Virus record (IMG/VR): IMGVR_UViG_3300023179_000073
Location: 1-64,000 of that record
Length of the DNA stretch: 64,000 nt
Strand: one strand, 5' to 3'
DNA from: a virus
The notes under the pieces are model-generated. The model searched no databases, had not been told where the DNA came from, and saw only the letters and a program-made list of their open reading frames with translations. Positions 26,507 through 36,508 of the stretch are shown here, piece after piece; position 1 is the stretch's first letter; each line of letters opens with the position of its first letter. The position numbers were made by a program, and so were the translations under genes.

Positions 26507-27931
26507 CTATCTAATAATTTTAGTATTATATTGTTTTTCCCACAAAAAAATATCACTTTCATCATTTAATAATGGTTGCCCTTTAATATTTAAACTAGTA
26601 TTAAGTAAAATAGGAACTCCAGATATTTTATAAAATTTTTTAAGAACACTCCAAAGTCCTAAATGTTGATTTTTATTTACAGTTTGAACCCTAGATGTTC
26701 CATCAACATGCACAACAGATGGTATTTTTTCTGGTTGTAAACACTTTACTGCGTATTGCATATATGAAGAATTAAAATTCATGTCAAACCATTTGTCGGC
26801 ATATTCCTCCATAACAACTGGCGCAAATGGCCTAAATAATTCTCTTTGTTTAATTAAATTAACCTTGTCTTTAATATTTGGATCTCTTGGGTCTGCCAAA
26901 ATGCTTCTATTTCCCAATGCTCTAGGTCCATATTCTGCTTTTCCAGTTGCTACCGCTGCAACTTTATTATTTAATAATTCTTTTATAATTTCTTCTACAG
27001 GATACTTTCCACCTAAATCATACCCAAGATATGGAGTTTGCCAATCCAAATGTTTTCCATAAAGGGCTGCTGCAGCACCAAGAGATGATCCAGCATCTCC
27101 TGGATTAGGCATAATCCAAATATCATCAAAAATATCCCACAACATTGTATTAGCAGAACAATTTAATGCACATCCACCCATAAAAACTAAATTTTTTTTA
27201 TTAGTTATTTTGTATGCCATATTCATAAAATCAATTAATCTTTGTTCATATATTAATTGAACAGATGCAGCAATATCAAAACGATCTTGTTCTGTAATTT
27301 GAACATTCCAATCAACTATTCCTTTATGAAAATTATATTTTTGTCTGTTATGTTTTGGAAAATATTCATTAATTTTTTTATAATATTTTGACCAGTCTCC
27401 GTATCCAGCCATTCCCATCATAATATACTCTTCTTGGTTTGGCATAAGTCCAATCAATTGCGTAAAGGCTGAATAAAACAATCCAAAACTAACTGGATAA
27501 TTTTTTTTATATTTTAATTTAATCTTATTGTTTTCACCTATCCAAATTGTAGAGGTATTGTATTCTCCAATAGCATCTAGTACTACAATAACAGCATTAT
27601 CAAATTTACTAGTGTAATACCCTGCTGCTGCGTGAGAATAGTGATGACTAAAAGATTTTCTTGGAATATTATCTATATTAAACCTTGGTTTCCATTCCCC
27701 AGATCCACCTCTTAAAATCAGTCTAGAAGCCTTTAGAAGGGGTTTTTCGTAGTAGGCTATGTAATCTGGTCTACCATACTGCAAAGCATCTTTTATTAAA
27801 CTATCATTGATATACCAATCATTTTTTTTCTTACTGTATCTTTCTGCATGCCCCGCAAAAAGAATTTTGTTATCTTTAATCAATGAAATTGATGCATCAT
27901 GAGAAGTTTCATTTATGCCAAGAATTATCAT
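26507..27931 (-). CDS. O-carbamoyltransferase (NodU/CmcH/TobZ family)
   Basis: HDAS, HHYSHA, DAIGE, GGCALN, GDAGSSLGA, EYGPRALGNRS, RPFAP, HVDGTSRVQTV, LNTSLN. Confidence 0.93.
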   Translation of the reverse strand: MIILGINETSHDASISLIKDNKILFAGHAERYSKKKNDWYINDSLIKDALQYGRPDYIAYYEKPLLKASRLILRGGSGEWKPRFNIDNIPRKSFSHHYSHAAAGYYTSKFDNAVIVVLDAIGEYNTSTIWIGENNKIKLKYKKNYPVSFGLFYSAFTQLIGLMPNQEEYIMMGMAGYGDWSKYYKKINEYFPKHNRQKYNFHKGIVDWNVQITEQDRFDIAASVQLIYEQRLIDFMNMAYKITNKKNLVFMGGCALNCSANTMLWDIFDDIWIMPNPGDAGSSLGAAAALYGKHLDWQTPYLGYDLGGKYPVEEIIKELLNNKVAAVATGKAEYGPRALGNRSILADPRDPNIKDKVNLIKQRELFRPFAPVVMEEYADKWFDMNFNSSYMQYAVKCLQPEKIPSVVHVDGTSRVQTVNKNQHLGLWSVLKKFYKISGVPILLNTSLNIKGQPLLNDESDIFLWEKQYNTKIIR

Positions 27932-27956
27932 TTTTTAATTTTTGTTATTATTTTTT

Positions 27957-28481
27957 TCATATACTTACTACATCAACTGGACCCATGCATGATGGACTAA
28001 ACTTAATAGCACAACTTACTGCCCCTACAACTCTTTTACGAAGATCCTTAGATTTTTCGGTAGCATGTAAATATCCATAGGCGTATTCAGCCCCTGATCC
28101 CATTGCTAAATAATCTAAATTATATTTAGATAAAGACATATCAACAGCATTGTGCTCATATATTTGACCTTTAACACAAATTATTAAGCCAAGATCAGCC
28201 TCTTTGCCAGTATCAACCCACCAGTCATTATAAAAATTTTTAAGTTGTTTAATAAATTTAGTTTGCATAAACTTATCTATGTCTTTTATATCTGGAACAT
28301 ATGGATTAAAGTTATATCTAATTCTTTCTCCATCTAATGCCCCTGCGTATCCAAGTAAATATGGACCAAGTTTCCAAACCTTGGGTGCTATTAAAGATAA
28401 AATTGTATTATCATCAGATGCACCACGGTCACCAGCCATATAAACCTTACCCTCGTGACGTGCTACAGCCAAAACAGTCAT
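27957..28481 (-). CDS. Ntn-hydrolase, HslV/proteasome-beta-like peptidase
   Basis: N-terminal M-T nucleophile, AGDR, PKV, GYAG, AMGSG; TTGACT-17-TATACT promoter upstream. Confidence 0.75.
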   Translation of the reverse strand: MTVLAVARHEGKVYMAGDRGASDDNTILSLIAPKVWKLGPYLLGYAGALDGERIRYNFNPYVPDIKDIDKFMQTKFIKQLKNFYNDWWVDTGKEADLGLIICVKGQIYEHNAVDMSLSKYNLDYLAMGSGAEYAYGYLHATEKSKDLRKRVVGAVSCAIKFSPSCMGPVDVVSI

Positions 28482-28509
28482 ACTAGATCCCCTTAGAGTG
28501 CGTCTTTTA

Positions 28510-28538
28510 AGTATAGCAAAAGATTATTACTTAGTCAA
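28510..28538 (-). promoter_or_regulatory. SigA-type promoter
   Basis: TTGACT-17 nt-TATACT with TG extension. Confidence 0.7.
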
Positions 28539-28544
28539 ACACCT

Positions 28545-29165
28545 TTATTTGGTGATTTTATATCCTTTTGAAGTTAAAAGGTCTATAGCAGCCTGTATTT
28601 TTGGATTTACCTTGTCAGATTTAGACGCTGATCCGCCAGACGGCTTTGAAGTAGTATTATTAGAATTGCCAAACTTTGGTCTACCAAACCCTACAATTGA
28701 AACCATAATATTTTTTTTATTTTTTTTAAAGGCACGAAGTTTTTTACAAACCTCTCCACCGTTACGTTGGCTACCTTTAGGATCTCCAGATGTATTTCCT
28801 TCAACACACCACACTGTACCGTCGCCATTATCAGCAATAACAATACCTACGTGGCTAATTCTATCTACCCCGTCAGAAGGAAAATCAAAATATGCTATAT
28901 CTCCTGGCTCTGGATCTGCAATATCTCCATCAATCCAATTACCTGCTTTTTTGAATGCTGCTGCACCACCTGGAGTATAAACAGTATTAGGAATCTTTAC
29001 TCCTGCTTCATTTGCACACCAGTTAACAAAGGATCCACACCAAGGCTGAAAATCTGCTTTAGTAAACTTACCATATTTGGTTTCGTTATCTTTTGGACCT
29101 TCTACAGTTCCAATTTCTGCTTTTGCAACTTCAATTAAACGCTCTGCTGTACCTTGATCTGCCAT
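28545..29165 (-). CDS. CHAP-domain endolysin
   Basis: PWCGSFV (catalytic Cys), SHVGIV (His), VEGNT, GFGRP. Confidence 0.85.
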   Translation of the reverse strand: MADQGTAERLIEVAKAEIGTVEGPKDNETKYGKFTKADFQPWCGSFVNWCANEAGVKIPNTVYTPGGAAAFKKAGNWIDGDIADPEPGDIAYFDFPSDGVDRISHVGIVIADNGDGTVWCVEGNTSGDPKGSQRNGGEVCKKLRAFKKNKKNIMVSIVGFGRPKFGNSNNTTSKPSGGSASKSDKVNPKIQAAIDLLTSKGYKITK

Positions 29166-29167
29166 TT

Positions 29168-29575
29168 TTATTTATCCCAATCAGTATCAACTGGTTGTTC
29201 TTCTGGCATTGCACCATCTGGTTTAGCAAGTCTACGTGCTTTTGCTTCATCAATTTCTGCTTCTAATTTTTTATCTGCTAAAGTATTTTTAGCATCAACC
29301 TCTTTGTTTGCAATCTGTGCTGCCATTACATCTTTAGCACCAGACTGACCAATTAATAATCCTGCTAATGTTCCTGTAATAAATGTTGCTACGCTTCCAA
29401 GAACATTGAAAAACATTTTATCATTTTCTGATTGTCCAGTAATTGGTTGTGTAACAAATATTAAAGCATATAAGATTCCCAATGATGTACATAATAAAAT
29501 TGTTCCAAGCGTAATTCCTAAAATAAATTTAAGTCTTGCATCTAAATCTTGAGGGGATAATCTTTCTTTAGCCAT
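29168..29575 (-). CDS. Two-TM membrane protein upstream of the endolysin
   Basis: Two hydrophobic helices flanking VTQP...QSENDK; charged C-terminal tail. Confidence 0.65.
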   Translation of the reverse strand: MAKERLSPQDLDARLKFILGITLGTILLCTSLGILYALIFVTQPITGQSENDKMFFNVLGSVATFITGTLAGLLIGQSGAKDVMAAQIANKEVDAKNTLADKKLEAEIDEAKARRLAKPDGAMPEEQPVDTDWDK

Positions 29576-29764
29576 TTATTTTTCTCCAATATCTATTAAG
29601 TCTTTTGGACATGCTCCATTAGCCGTACAAATTGGTGGTTTACATTCTGCTAACTCCCAGTTTGTTGGATCTTGACATTGATAACGATAATGTCCGTCAT
29701 ATCCACAGCCAGTTAGCAATAAGGCTAAAACAGTTGACAGTAAGAATATGCGTATTTTTGACAT
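29576..29764 (-). CDS. Small Cys-rich lipoprotein
   Basis: Lipobox LTGC plus four further Cys; leaderless after TGATATAAT. Confidence 0.7.
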   Translation of the reverse strand: MSKIRIFLLSTVLALLLTGCGYDGHYRYQCQDPTNWELAECKPPICTANGACPKDLIDIGEK

Positions 29765-29782
29765 ATTCCCATTATATCAAAC

Positions 29783-29959
29783 TTATTCGTCTTCTTTACG
29801 AATTCCAATGGTTGCAAACCATATGGCTACTGAGGCTAGGGTTACATACCCAACCACTGTCTTTGCGCTACCCTCTAAAACCACCCATGCTACAAAGAAG
29901 CCAAGGAATGTAAAGTTTTCGTTTAGGGCTGCCATACCCCATTCTTTTAACTTTTTCAT
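29783..29959 (-). CDS. Small two-TM membrane protein
   Basis: FTFLGFFVAWVVLEGSAKTVVGY; AGGAG RBS within the upstream gene's end. Confidence 0.7.
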   Translation of the reverse strand: MKKLKEWGMAALNENFTFLGFFVAWVVLEGSAKTVVGYVTLASVAIWFATIGIRKEDE

Positions 29960-29960
29960 T

Positions 29961-32453
29961 TTATCTCCTTCTTCTAGGTGCAGTAGCAACAATTAATTGA
30001 CCAGCAATAATCGTTACAACCACAATATCTTCTGCTTTTTCACGTTCTGGAATAGACATATCAGCACCTATGTTAAGTAAGGCTTTGCCCAACTCACATT
30101 TTTGCTCTTCTGTCAAACCTTCAATTGCTTCATCTGGATTAAAACAAGTAGCAATTGCTCCCAGCAATGCTGCTGGACTTTCTAATACAAGCAATGCAGA
30201 TGCTACCTCTGCTGTAATGACTACAGGATTGCCATTAGCATCTTCTCTAACTTCTACTGGTATTTGTGGTGGAAGATCACGATATTCAAGTCCCGCTGCT
30301 TCTATGGCTGATGCTTCAATTGGAGCACCTTCTGCAGACTCAACTAAAGCATCTGCAACTAAATCTTTTTCTGCCAAAGTTAATACTCCATCTTCAGACA
30401 AGGCTTCTGATAGATTTATTACTTCGTCTGTAGTTATTTCTCCATCTGCAGATAACGCATCAAGAATTGCTTCAGCATCTGCAGCAGTTATATTTCCATC
30501 TTCAATTAATTCGCTAACCGCTTCTTGTATTTCTTCTACTGATAAGGTATCATTATCTTGTGAATCTTCTTGATCAGTACCCTCGTTTTCTTCAGGAGTA
30601 TTATCTTGTTCGTCATTGGATGAAGAGTCATCAGATTCAGGTGTATCCGTATCTTGAGATTCATCACCTTCAGAAGATTCATCACTCTCATCAGGAGATG
30701 GCTCTGGCTCTGTACTATCCCCTTCATCTGGAGTGGTCTCGTCTGGTTGAGTTTGTTCGTTGTTATCAACAGGGTCATAAGAAGGAGCAGAACCTCCACC
30801 AGTAGTTATATTTGAACTTTGTTGTGCGGGTATAGAAATAACAGTCTCAGTATATTGACTTACAGGTCCAGACCAGTTAGCAACTCTAATAGTATAGGTA
30901 GCACCTTCTGTCAAACCAGTTAACTGAATAAATTCTGGTGCACCATCAGTATTTAAAGTTTGACCTTCGTATGGATTCTCTGCATTTGGATCATCAGTTA
31001 TTACTTGATAGAACCAAGTGTTTGCTGTATACCCTTCTGGTAACTCAGGAGCAATAGTTACTGTTGTTCCCTCAACAACTGGTTCTGCTAGTATTGGAGC
31101 GGGAGTAGGAATATTATTATTAATAACAGAAATTAATTGATTTGCTTTAGTGTTTAGTGTTGATTCAATAGATGTTTTTGTTGATACCGCTGAATTTATG
31201 GTATTAGTTAAAGATGTTGTGTTAATAGCATTTATATTAGATGTATTTGTTGCGTTCTGTGCAACTACTGGACTTAGACTTGCATTTAGTTGAAATATAG
31301 TTGCATTTGCAGCATCAACTGCTGCTTGAACTGAGGCATTATTTGGATCTACTATAGGAGTAAAATTTGGACCCTGACTTATTTGCCCATTAAATCCAGC
31401 ACCGTTATTTGTATCAGTAATATTCGTTACTGAACCTCCTGCTGTTTCTCTATAATTAAATCTAGCGCCACCTGGAATTGGTCCAATTGCAGAAACATCT
31501 GCCATCCATGCACCATTGTTTGGATTTACATCAGCATTAAATCTAATTTGAACCATTTGTGTTGAAGCATCTTGTTGTGGAAATGGTCTAACATCCCATG
31601 CAATATCTAATGAAGAGCCTGTTGTTGCATATGTAATTCCAGTTCCTGTACTCCATGTTGTCCAGTCCCACCCTGCAATAGAAATTGACGGGGCATTTGG
31701 AGTTGAGTAGTAATTTGCACCTTCATTTACACCAAAAGTAATTGTTGCATTAGATCCAACATAAACATTGTTGTATAAAGTTCCACCCATTAATAAACCA
31801 AATGGTAAATTCATTTGAACGCCAGCATCATCTACGCCAGCCAAAACATTTGTGCTTGCTCCAATAGTTGCTTGTAAAGCATTTACTGCATTTTGTGCAT
31901 TGTCAATTGCAATATTTGCTTGAGTTAATTCTGTTTGTGCATTTGCCTGTGCTGCTACCGCCTCTGCCTTAGCAAGTCCTGCTTCTGATACTGCTGTTTG
32001 AGCCTGAGTAATTTGTGTTCCTAAATTGGTTATGGCTGTGGTTGCAACAACTACGGTGTCTTTTGCATTTTGCACTACTTGAGAACTTTGATCTATTGGG
32101 GTAATCGCTAAATTAACGTTATTAATGGTATTAATAGATGTCTGAACATCATTTACTGCTGAATTTGCAATTGATATTTTTGATGATATTTCTGCAACAA
32201 TAGGCTGGGCTTGAGATAGTTCGGTTTGTGCTTGTGTTACCTCTACTGTAGCATTGTTTGTGGCTGTAATAGCCTGCTGAACCTCTGTGGTAGCCGTTGC
32301 AAGGGCACTATTGACTGCCTGTTGGGCAGGGCTAACCACTACCTGTTCTTGATTTTCTGTAGCCCCAGCGTGATCTGGAGCCATAATTCCAAAAATTGTT
32401 ATGCATAAACCTACCCCAAAGGCTATTATCAGTTTACGTTTAAGATTCTTCAA
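29961..32453 (-). CDS. Large secreted, membrane-anchored surface protein (coiled coil, NIDO-like, FN3, acidic linker)
   Basis: Signal peptide; A/Q/T heptads; DDAG..LPF...YVGSNATITF; LTGLTEGATYTIRVA; D/E/P/S linker; C-terminal hydrophobic stretch plus RRRR. Confidence 0.75.
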   Translation of the reverse strand: MKNLKRKLIIAFGVGLCITIFGIMAPDHAGATENQEQVVVSPAQQAVNSALATATTEVQQAITATNNATVEVTQAQTELSQAQPIVAEISSKISIANSAVNDVQTSINTINNVNLAITPIDQSSQVVQNAKDTVVVATTAITNLGTQITQAQTAVSEAGLAKAEAVAAQANAQTELTQANIAIDNAQNAVNALQATIGASTNVLAGVDDAGVQMNLPFGLLMGGTLYNNVYVGSNATITFGVNEGANYYSTPNAPSISIAGWDWTTWSTGTGITYATTGSSLDIAWDVRPFPQQDASTQMVQIRFNADVNPNNGAWMADVSAIGPIPGGARFNYRETAGGSVTNITDTNNGAGFNGQISQGPNFTPIVDPNNASVQAAVDAANATIFQLNASLSPVVAQNATNTSNINAINTTSLTNTINSAVSTKTSIESTLNTKANQLISVINNNIPTPAPILAEPVVEGTTVTIAPELPEGYTANTWFYQVITDDPNAENPYEGQTLNTDGAPEFIQLTGLTEGATYTIRVANWSGPVSQYTETVISIPAQQSSNITTGGGSAPSYDPVDNNEQTQPDETTPDEGDSTEPEPSPDESDESSEGDESQDTDTPESDDSSSNDEQDNTPEENEGTDQEDSQDNDTLSVEEIQEAVSELIEDGNITAADAEAILDALSADGEITTDEVINLSEALSEDGVLTLAEKDLVADALVESAEGAPIEASAIEAAGLEYRDLPPQIPVEVREDANGNPVVITAEVASALLVLESPAALLGAIATCFNPDEAIEGLTEEQKCELGKALLNIGADMSIPEREKAEDIVVVTIIAGQLIVATAPRRRR

Positions 32454-32532
32454 TTAGGGGCTAACTCCGATGTGTAATTGTATAAGTAATTATACCATTT
32501 TTCTTAAATTACACAACAAAAATGTATAAAAA

Positions 32533-32558
32533 AGAGGGTAGAAATTAATCTACCCTCT
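32533..32558 (-). terminator. Intrinsic terminator
   Basis: 10-bp stem AGAGGGTAGA/TCTACCCTCT followed by a T-run on the minus strand. Confidence 0.8.
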
Positions 32559-32573
32559 AATTTTATTTAGAAA

Positions 32574-34190
32574 TTATTTCTTTGCAAGAATTAACTTCTG
32601 TAGTGCTTGAATTTGCTTGTTAATTTGAGCAATTAAAGCAACAATTGCTTTTAATACTTCTGCATTTGAAACTGCACCTGAAGCATCTACTACTGAATAA
32701 GATACTACCTTTGCGGAATCAGTTGCTACGTATGCTGGTAAATCTACAATTAAATTATATGATCCAGCAGTATTACCTACTGTAAATTTAATTGCTCTTG
32801 TTCCAGCAGTATCTAACAAATCAGCAGATGTTGGAGCAGAAACTGCTGTCAACTGTCCACCTGAAATTGCTACGCCAGCACCAAGAGTTGCTCCACCGTG
32901 AACCTTAGCGCCATTAATATCTGTTGCTGAGATTGTAAGTGTTGCAATTTCTCCAGCCTTGTACTCTTTCTTATCAAGAGTCGCTGTGTACTTATCTACA
33001 CCACCAGCACATGCTGCTACAAAATCATTTGAATAGATTGTTGTTGCATCTGAACGAGTGTGTGCAATACGAACTGTTGCTGAACCTGAAGTTGAAGCGC
33101 ATGTCCATCCACCAGTCTGAACTGCAGTAGCAGAAGAAGCACCACCTACAGAAACAGCAGTAACTTGAGAAGTATACTTTGTGGTATCAGCAGTTGGAGT
33201 AACTCCAGCCAATTGATTTCCAGCAGCATCCTTAACTACAAAGTCATAAGTTCCTGTACGTGCTCCACCTGATTGTGCAATATCTACTCCAGTTACTAGA
33301 ATTGACTCTGCACGACCTGTAAATGTAATATTTTTAGTTGCAAGAACTGTTCCATTAAATGTAATTGTAACTGTTGTGCTTACTGGCTTGTTTTCATTTG
33401 CAGTTCCTTGAACTACATATAAAACTCCAGCAACACCAGTTTTGGCTGCTGCATTTACCTGTGTGCTTGGAGCAGCATCAAATGCCACTACTGCGCCACC
33501 AGTTGCGCTTGCCTGAATTACACCGTTGGTTGATAATTGTGCTGCATAAGCATCCATTGCACGAATGTTAATGTAGCCTGTGTTGCCATTAGTGACAGTT
33601 GTTGAACCAGCAACATCTACGCTAGATGTTAGAGTTCCTTGTGTTGATGTATCTTGTACACGAACATAGGAGTCTGCTACAGACAATACATTTGTCTTTG
33701 CAGTTGTTCCTGCGTAGATTGTTTTAATATCAATTGTAGAAGTGGTTGATCCAACCTTCTTCTTTTGAGTTACAGTTACAGTTCCTGCAGCATTAACAGT
33801 TAATTTAACATTTGTTGGTAAGTTTACTGCTGCTGTTGTAGTTGCTGTAAATGTAAATAACTTACCTAAACTGGTAAGTGTAACCCCTGTAGGGTTTGAT
33901 CCTGCTGCTGTGTAATCAGTAAATGATGCAGGTCCAGAAATTTCCAATGTAACATTGTCATCTGCTGTTGCAGCCAAAGCCTCGCTTGTAGTTAATACAA
34001 CAACTGCATTAACTCCAGCCTCTGCCTTAGTTGTGTCTGCTAATACTGTTACACCACGAGCACCATTAGCAAGACTATCAGATAATACATATCCGTTAGA
34101 CACTGCTGCTTGCGCTTGTGGAATAGCAACAAAGAATGTGCTTGCTACTGCTGCAGCGGTAACAAGTGCGATCCTCTTTAATGAATTCAT
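32574..34190 (-). CDS. Secreted Ala/Thr-rich Ig-like/S-layer-like protein
   Basis: Signal peptide ending PQAQA; beta-rich repeats (VKDAAGNQL, ATDING); C-terminal amphipathic helix; AAGGAG RBS. Confidence 0.7.
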   Translation of the reverse strand: MNSLKRIALVTAAAVASTFFVAIPQAQAAVSNGYVLSDSLANGARGVTVLADTTKAEAGVNAVVVLTTSEALAATADDNVTLEISGPASFTDYTAAGSNPTGVTLTSLGKLFTFTATTTAAVNLPTNVKLTVNAAGTVTVTQKKKVGSTTSTIDIKTIYAGTTAKTNVLSVADSYVRVQDTSTQGTLTSSVDVAGSTTVTNGNTGYINIRAMDAYAAQLSTNGVIQASATGGAVVAFDAAPSTQVNAAAKTGVAGVLYVVQGTANENKPVSTTVTITFNGTVLATKNITFTGRAESILVTGVDIAQSGGARTGTYDFVVKDAAGNQLAGVTPTADTTKYTSQVTAVSVGGASSATAVQTGGWTCASTSGSATVRIAHTRSDATTIYSNDFVAACAGGVDKYTATLDKKEYKAGEIATLTISATDINGAKVHGGATLGAGVAISGGQLTAVSAPTSADLLDTAGTRAIKFTVGNTAGSYNLIVDLPAYVATDSAKVVSYSVVDASGAVSNAEVLKAIVALIAQINKQIQALQKLILAKK

Positions 34191-34206
34191 TTTTCTCCTT
34201 GTTTGT

Positions 34207-35991
34207 TTATATTATGTTTAATCTATCAAGAAAATCTCTAACATCGTCAGGCATTTTCCTGTTGTCTAATTCTACCATAGCCTTCTGCTTCTCTGCAAGT
34301 CGTGTAGAGGTAGACCAAGTATGAATCTCAATCTCATGGTTAGAATCTTTTGGTGTATGTGATATTGCTCCAAAAACAGCGCCACATACAGCGTCTGCTA
34401 AGTCTTTAGATTTTTTACGTGGGTGGTCAACTCGTGTATTTTTCATAATTTTTAATTCTGACATTTCTTCTAATAATAATGGAATCATTGGAATTGCGAC
34501 TCTTTCTTCATATATCATCATTGCCAAGTCTTCATAATGTTTTTTAGCAACAGAAACAGTGTCAGTTTTTATTCCTACCGCTTTTAGTTCTTGTTGAATA
34601 TCAAAAGATTGCCAACGATCAAATGAAACCATTCCAATATTAAATCCTTGTCTGCGTAAATTAATAATCCATTGTTTTACTTCTGATAAATTAACAGGGC
34701 CTTCTGCTTTTGGTTCCCACCAAGCAACCGCATCTACAATAACCATTGGCGCTACTTGTTCATAATCTTTAATAACTTGAATATTTACCCATTTATCTAC
34801 GTGGGCAATTGCAACAGCACACTTATCATGTTTTTGGGCAAGGTCAGCATGAATATAATAAACCTTGTCTGGATCTGGCTTAAATGATTCATCAAATCTT
34901 CTAAAGTTATCAATTGGATTTCTTAGTATCATGCATTTTTCTAACTTATCTTTTTGTTTAAAAAATGCATCTGATGCAAATGTTGGCATACATGCAAAAC
35001 GCATCATTGCATCTCCAAGGTCTGTATAAAATGCTAACTTAAAATCATCTATTTTTCTTGTTGGGTTTACTTCCCATGTTGGTTTTTTAAGTGCCAAGAC
35101 TTTTGGAACTTTATAAGAAATAATAGTATCTTCTTCCCAACTAATCTCAAACTGATTTCCTGAGTCATCGTGTGGCAAACCTTCATTAATTATAAAATTA
35201 TATTTTTTTTCAATAGTTTCTTTTTCTGCAATAACATCTTCATATCTTTTTGAAATAAAGTCACCCTGATAACGAGGGAATGAAAGAAGAACAACCTTAC
35301 CTAAATCTGGAAAACGAGAATCTACAGTACCACGAAATGCTTTATAAATATTTTCTGCAGTCTTACCCTGTTCATTGCCAGTTCCAACCTCAGATGCAAA
35401 ACCAGAAATTTCATCAAGCACTGCAAGCAACAAGTTCAAACCTTCATGTGATTCTCTTTCTGAGTGACCAGAATAAACCGTTACTGTTTTATCAAACTCA
35501 ATTGAGTCTACTTTTGCATTATATTTTCCTGCAAACCATGGTGATTTTTCTATTTTAGTTTTAAAGCCTTTAAAGAATACGTTCTTGGCTTGTTGTGCGT
35601 TAATGGCTACGTTGATAATATCAATTGCATCCCCGCTTGGTTTTCCATAGTATCTAGCAGGATCTTTAAGACATAGCAATTTATATACAATATACGCACA
35701 GGCTACTGTTGATACAAAATCTTTTCCAGATCCCTTGCCTAATTGTAAAATAATTTCATTTTTAGTGTATTTGTCAAAATATTGAGCACCAACAACAGAT
35801 CCAAATATTTCTTGTAATTCTTCTTTACGATAAACTTGACTCATCGCCTCCACAATTTCATATTGAATTGCAGATAATGGTGGTTGGCCAAGATAGTCTG
35901 CAGATTCAACAAATGTTTTTGCATCTACTGGAATTTCATCAAATTGATTTTCTTTTAAAACTTCTAGAAAATCATTGAACATCGTGGACAA
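34207..35991 (-). CDS. terL: Terminase large subunit
   Basis: Walker A GKGSGKD, Walker B AVLDE, LLSFPR, nuclease IHADLA...SKDLADA. Confidence 0.9.
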   Translation of the reverse strand: MSTMFNDFLEVLKENQFDEIPVDAKTFVESADYLGQPPLSAIQYEIVEAMSQVYRKEELQEIFGSVVGAQYFDKYTKNEIILQLGKGSGKDFVSTVACAYIVYKLLCLKDPARYYGKPSGDAIDIINVAINAQQAKNVFFKGFKTKIEKSPWFAGKYNAKVDSIEFDKTVTVYSGHSERESHEGLNLLLAVLDEISGFASEVGTGNEQGKTAENIYKAFRGTVDSRFPDLGKVVLLSFPRYQGDFISKRYEDVIAEKETIEKKYNFIINEGLPHDDSGNQFEISWEEDTIISYKVPKVLALKKPTWEVNPTRKIDDFKLAFYTDLGDAMMRFACMPTFASDAFFKQKDKLEKCMILRNPIDNFRRFDESFKPDPDKVYYIHADLAQKHDKCAVAIAHVDKWVNIQVIKDYEQVAPMVIVDAVAWWEPKAEGPVNLSEVKQWIINLRRQGFNIGMVSFDRWQSFDIQQELKAVGIKTDTVSVAKKHYEDLAMMIYEERVAIPMIPLLLEEMSELKIMKNTRVDHPRKKSKDLADAVCGAVFGAISHTPKDSNHEIEIHTWSTSTRLAEKQKAMVELDNRKMPDDVRDFLDRLNII

Positions 35992-36508
35992 TTGTAATCA
36001 CTTCTCCCTCTTTGGCAATTTGAGAAAGACGCTGCATAATTAAATCACGAACCTCTGGATGAGTTGAGGCAATTTCTCTTAATATTTCAACAAGCACTTC
36101 TTGTCGTCTTTCAATTTCAACCATTTCTTCTGCAAGTTCTTTATTTTCTAATAGCCCTGCTTTTTGTAACATTTCAATTCTAGATTTTTCAATGTCCATA
36201 ACTAATTTAATTGCTTGAGTTTTTGCACTAAGATTATTAGTTAAACTTGATTCATCAATAACCTCATAAGCCTTTGTAATAAGTTTGCTGTAATGAGTAT
36301 CAGCCCCAGCAAGGGCTTCTTTAGCACGAGCACGAATGGCATCATTAGCAGAAGCCATGACTTTCCACTCATTAATTAATGAAACTACACGAGTACGAGG
36401 AATATCTAACTCTTTAGAAATTTTTGTTGGATCTTGCCCTTTAAGATATTCTGTAACTACTTTATTGACTTCATCAAGATGTTCAATTAATTCTGTTTCA
36501 GTTGACAT
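35972..36508 (-). CDS. Probable terminase small subunit
   Basis: N-terminal HTH plus helical domain; overlaps the terL start. Confidence 0.55.
   Translation of the reverse strand: MSTETELIEHLDEVNKVVTEYLKGQDPTKISKELDIPRTRVVSLINEWKVMASANDAIRARAKEALAGADTHYSKLITKAYEVIDESSLTNNLSAKTQAIKLVMDIEKSRIEMLQKAGLLENKELAEEMVEIERRQEVLVEILREIASTHPEVRDLIMQRLSQIAKEGEVITIVHDVQ

Noticed and set aside
26507-27931. Carbamoyltransferase as part of a 5hmC DNA-hypermodification pathway
   Set aside because: No dCMP hydroxymethylase, thymidylate-synthase homologue or DNA methyltransferase is nearby in the window; it cannot be excluded, but context does not support it
30540-30790. Low-complexity TCA/TCT-rich stretch resembling a tandem repeat
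   Set aside because: It encodes the acidic D/E/S/P linker of the surface protein; there is no exact repeat unit
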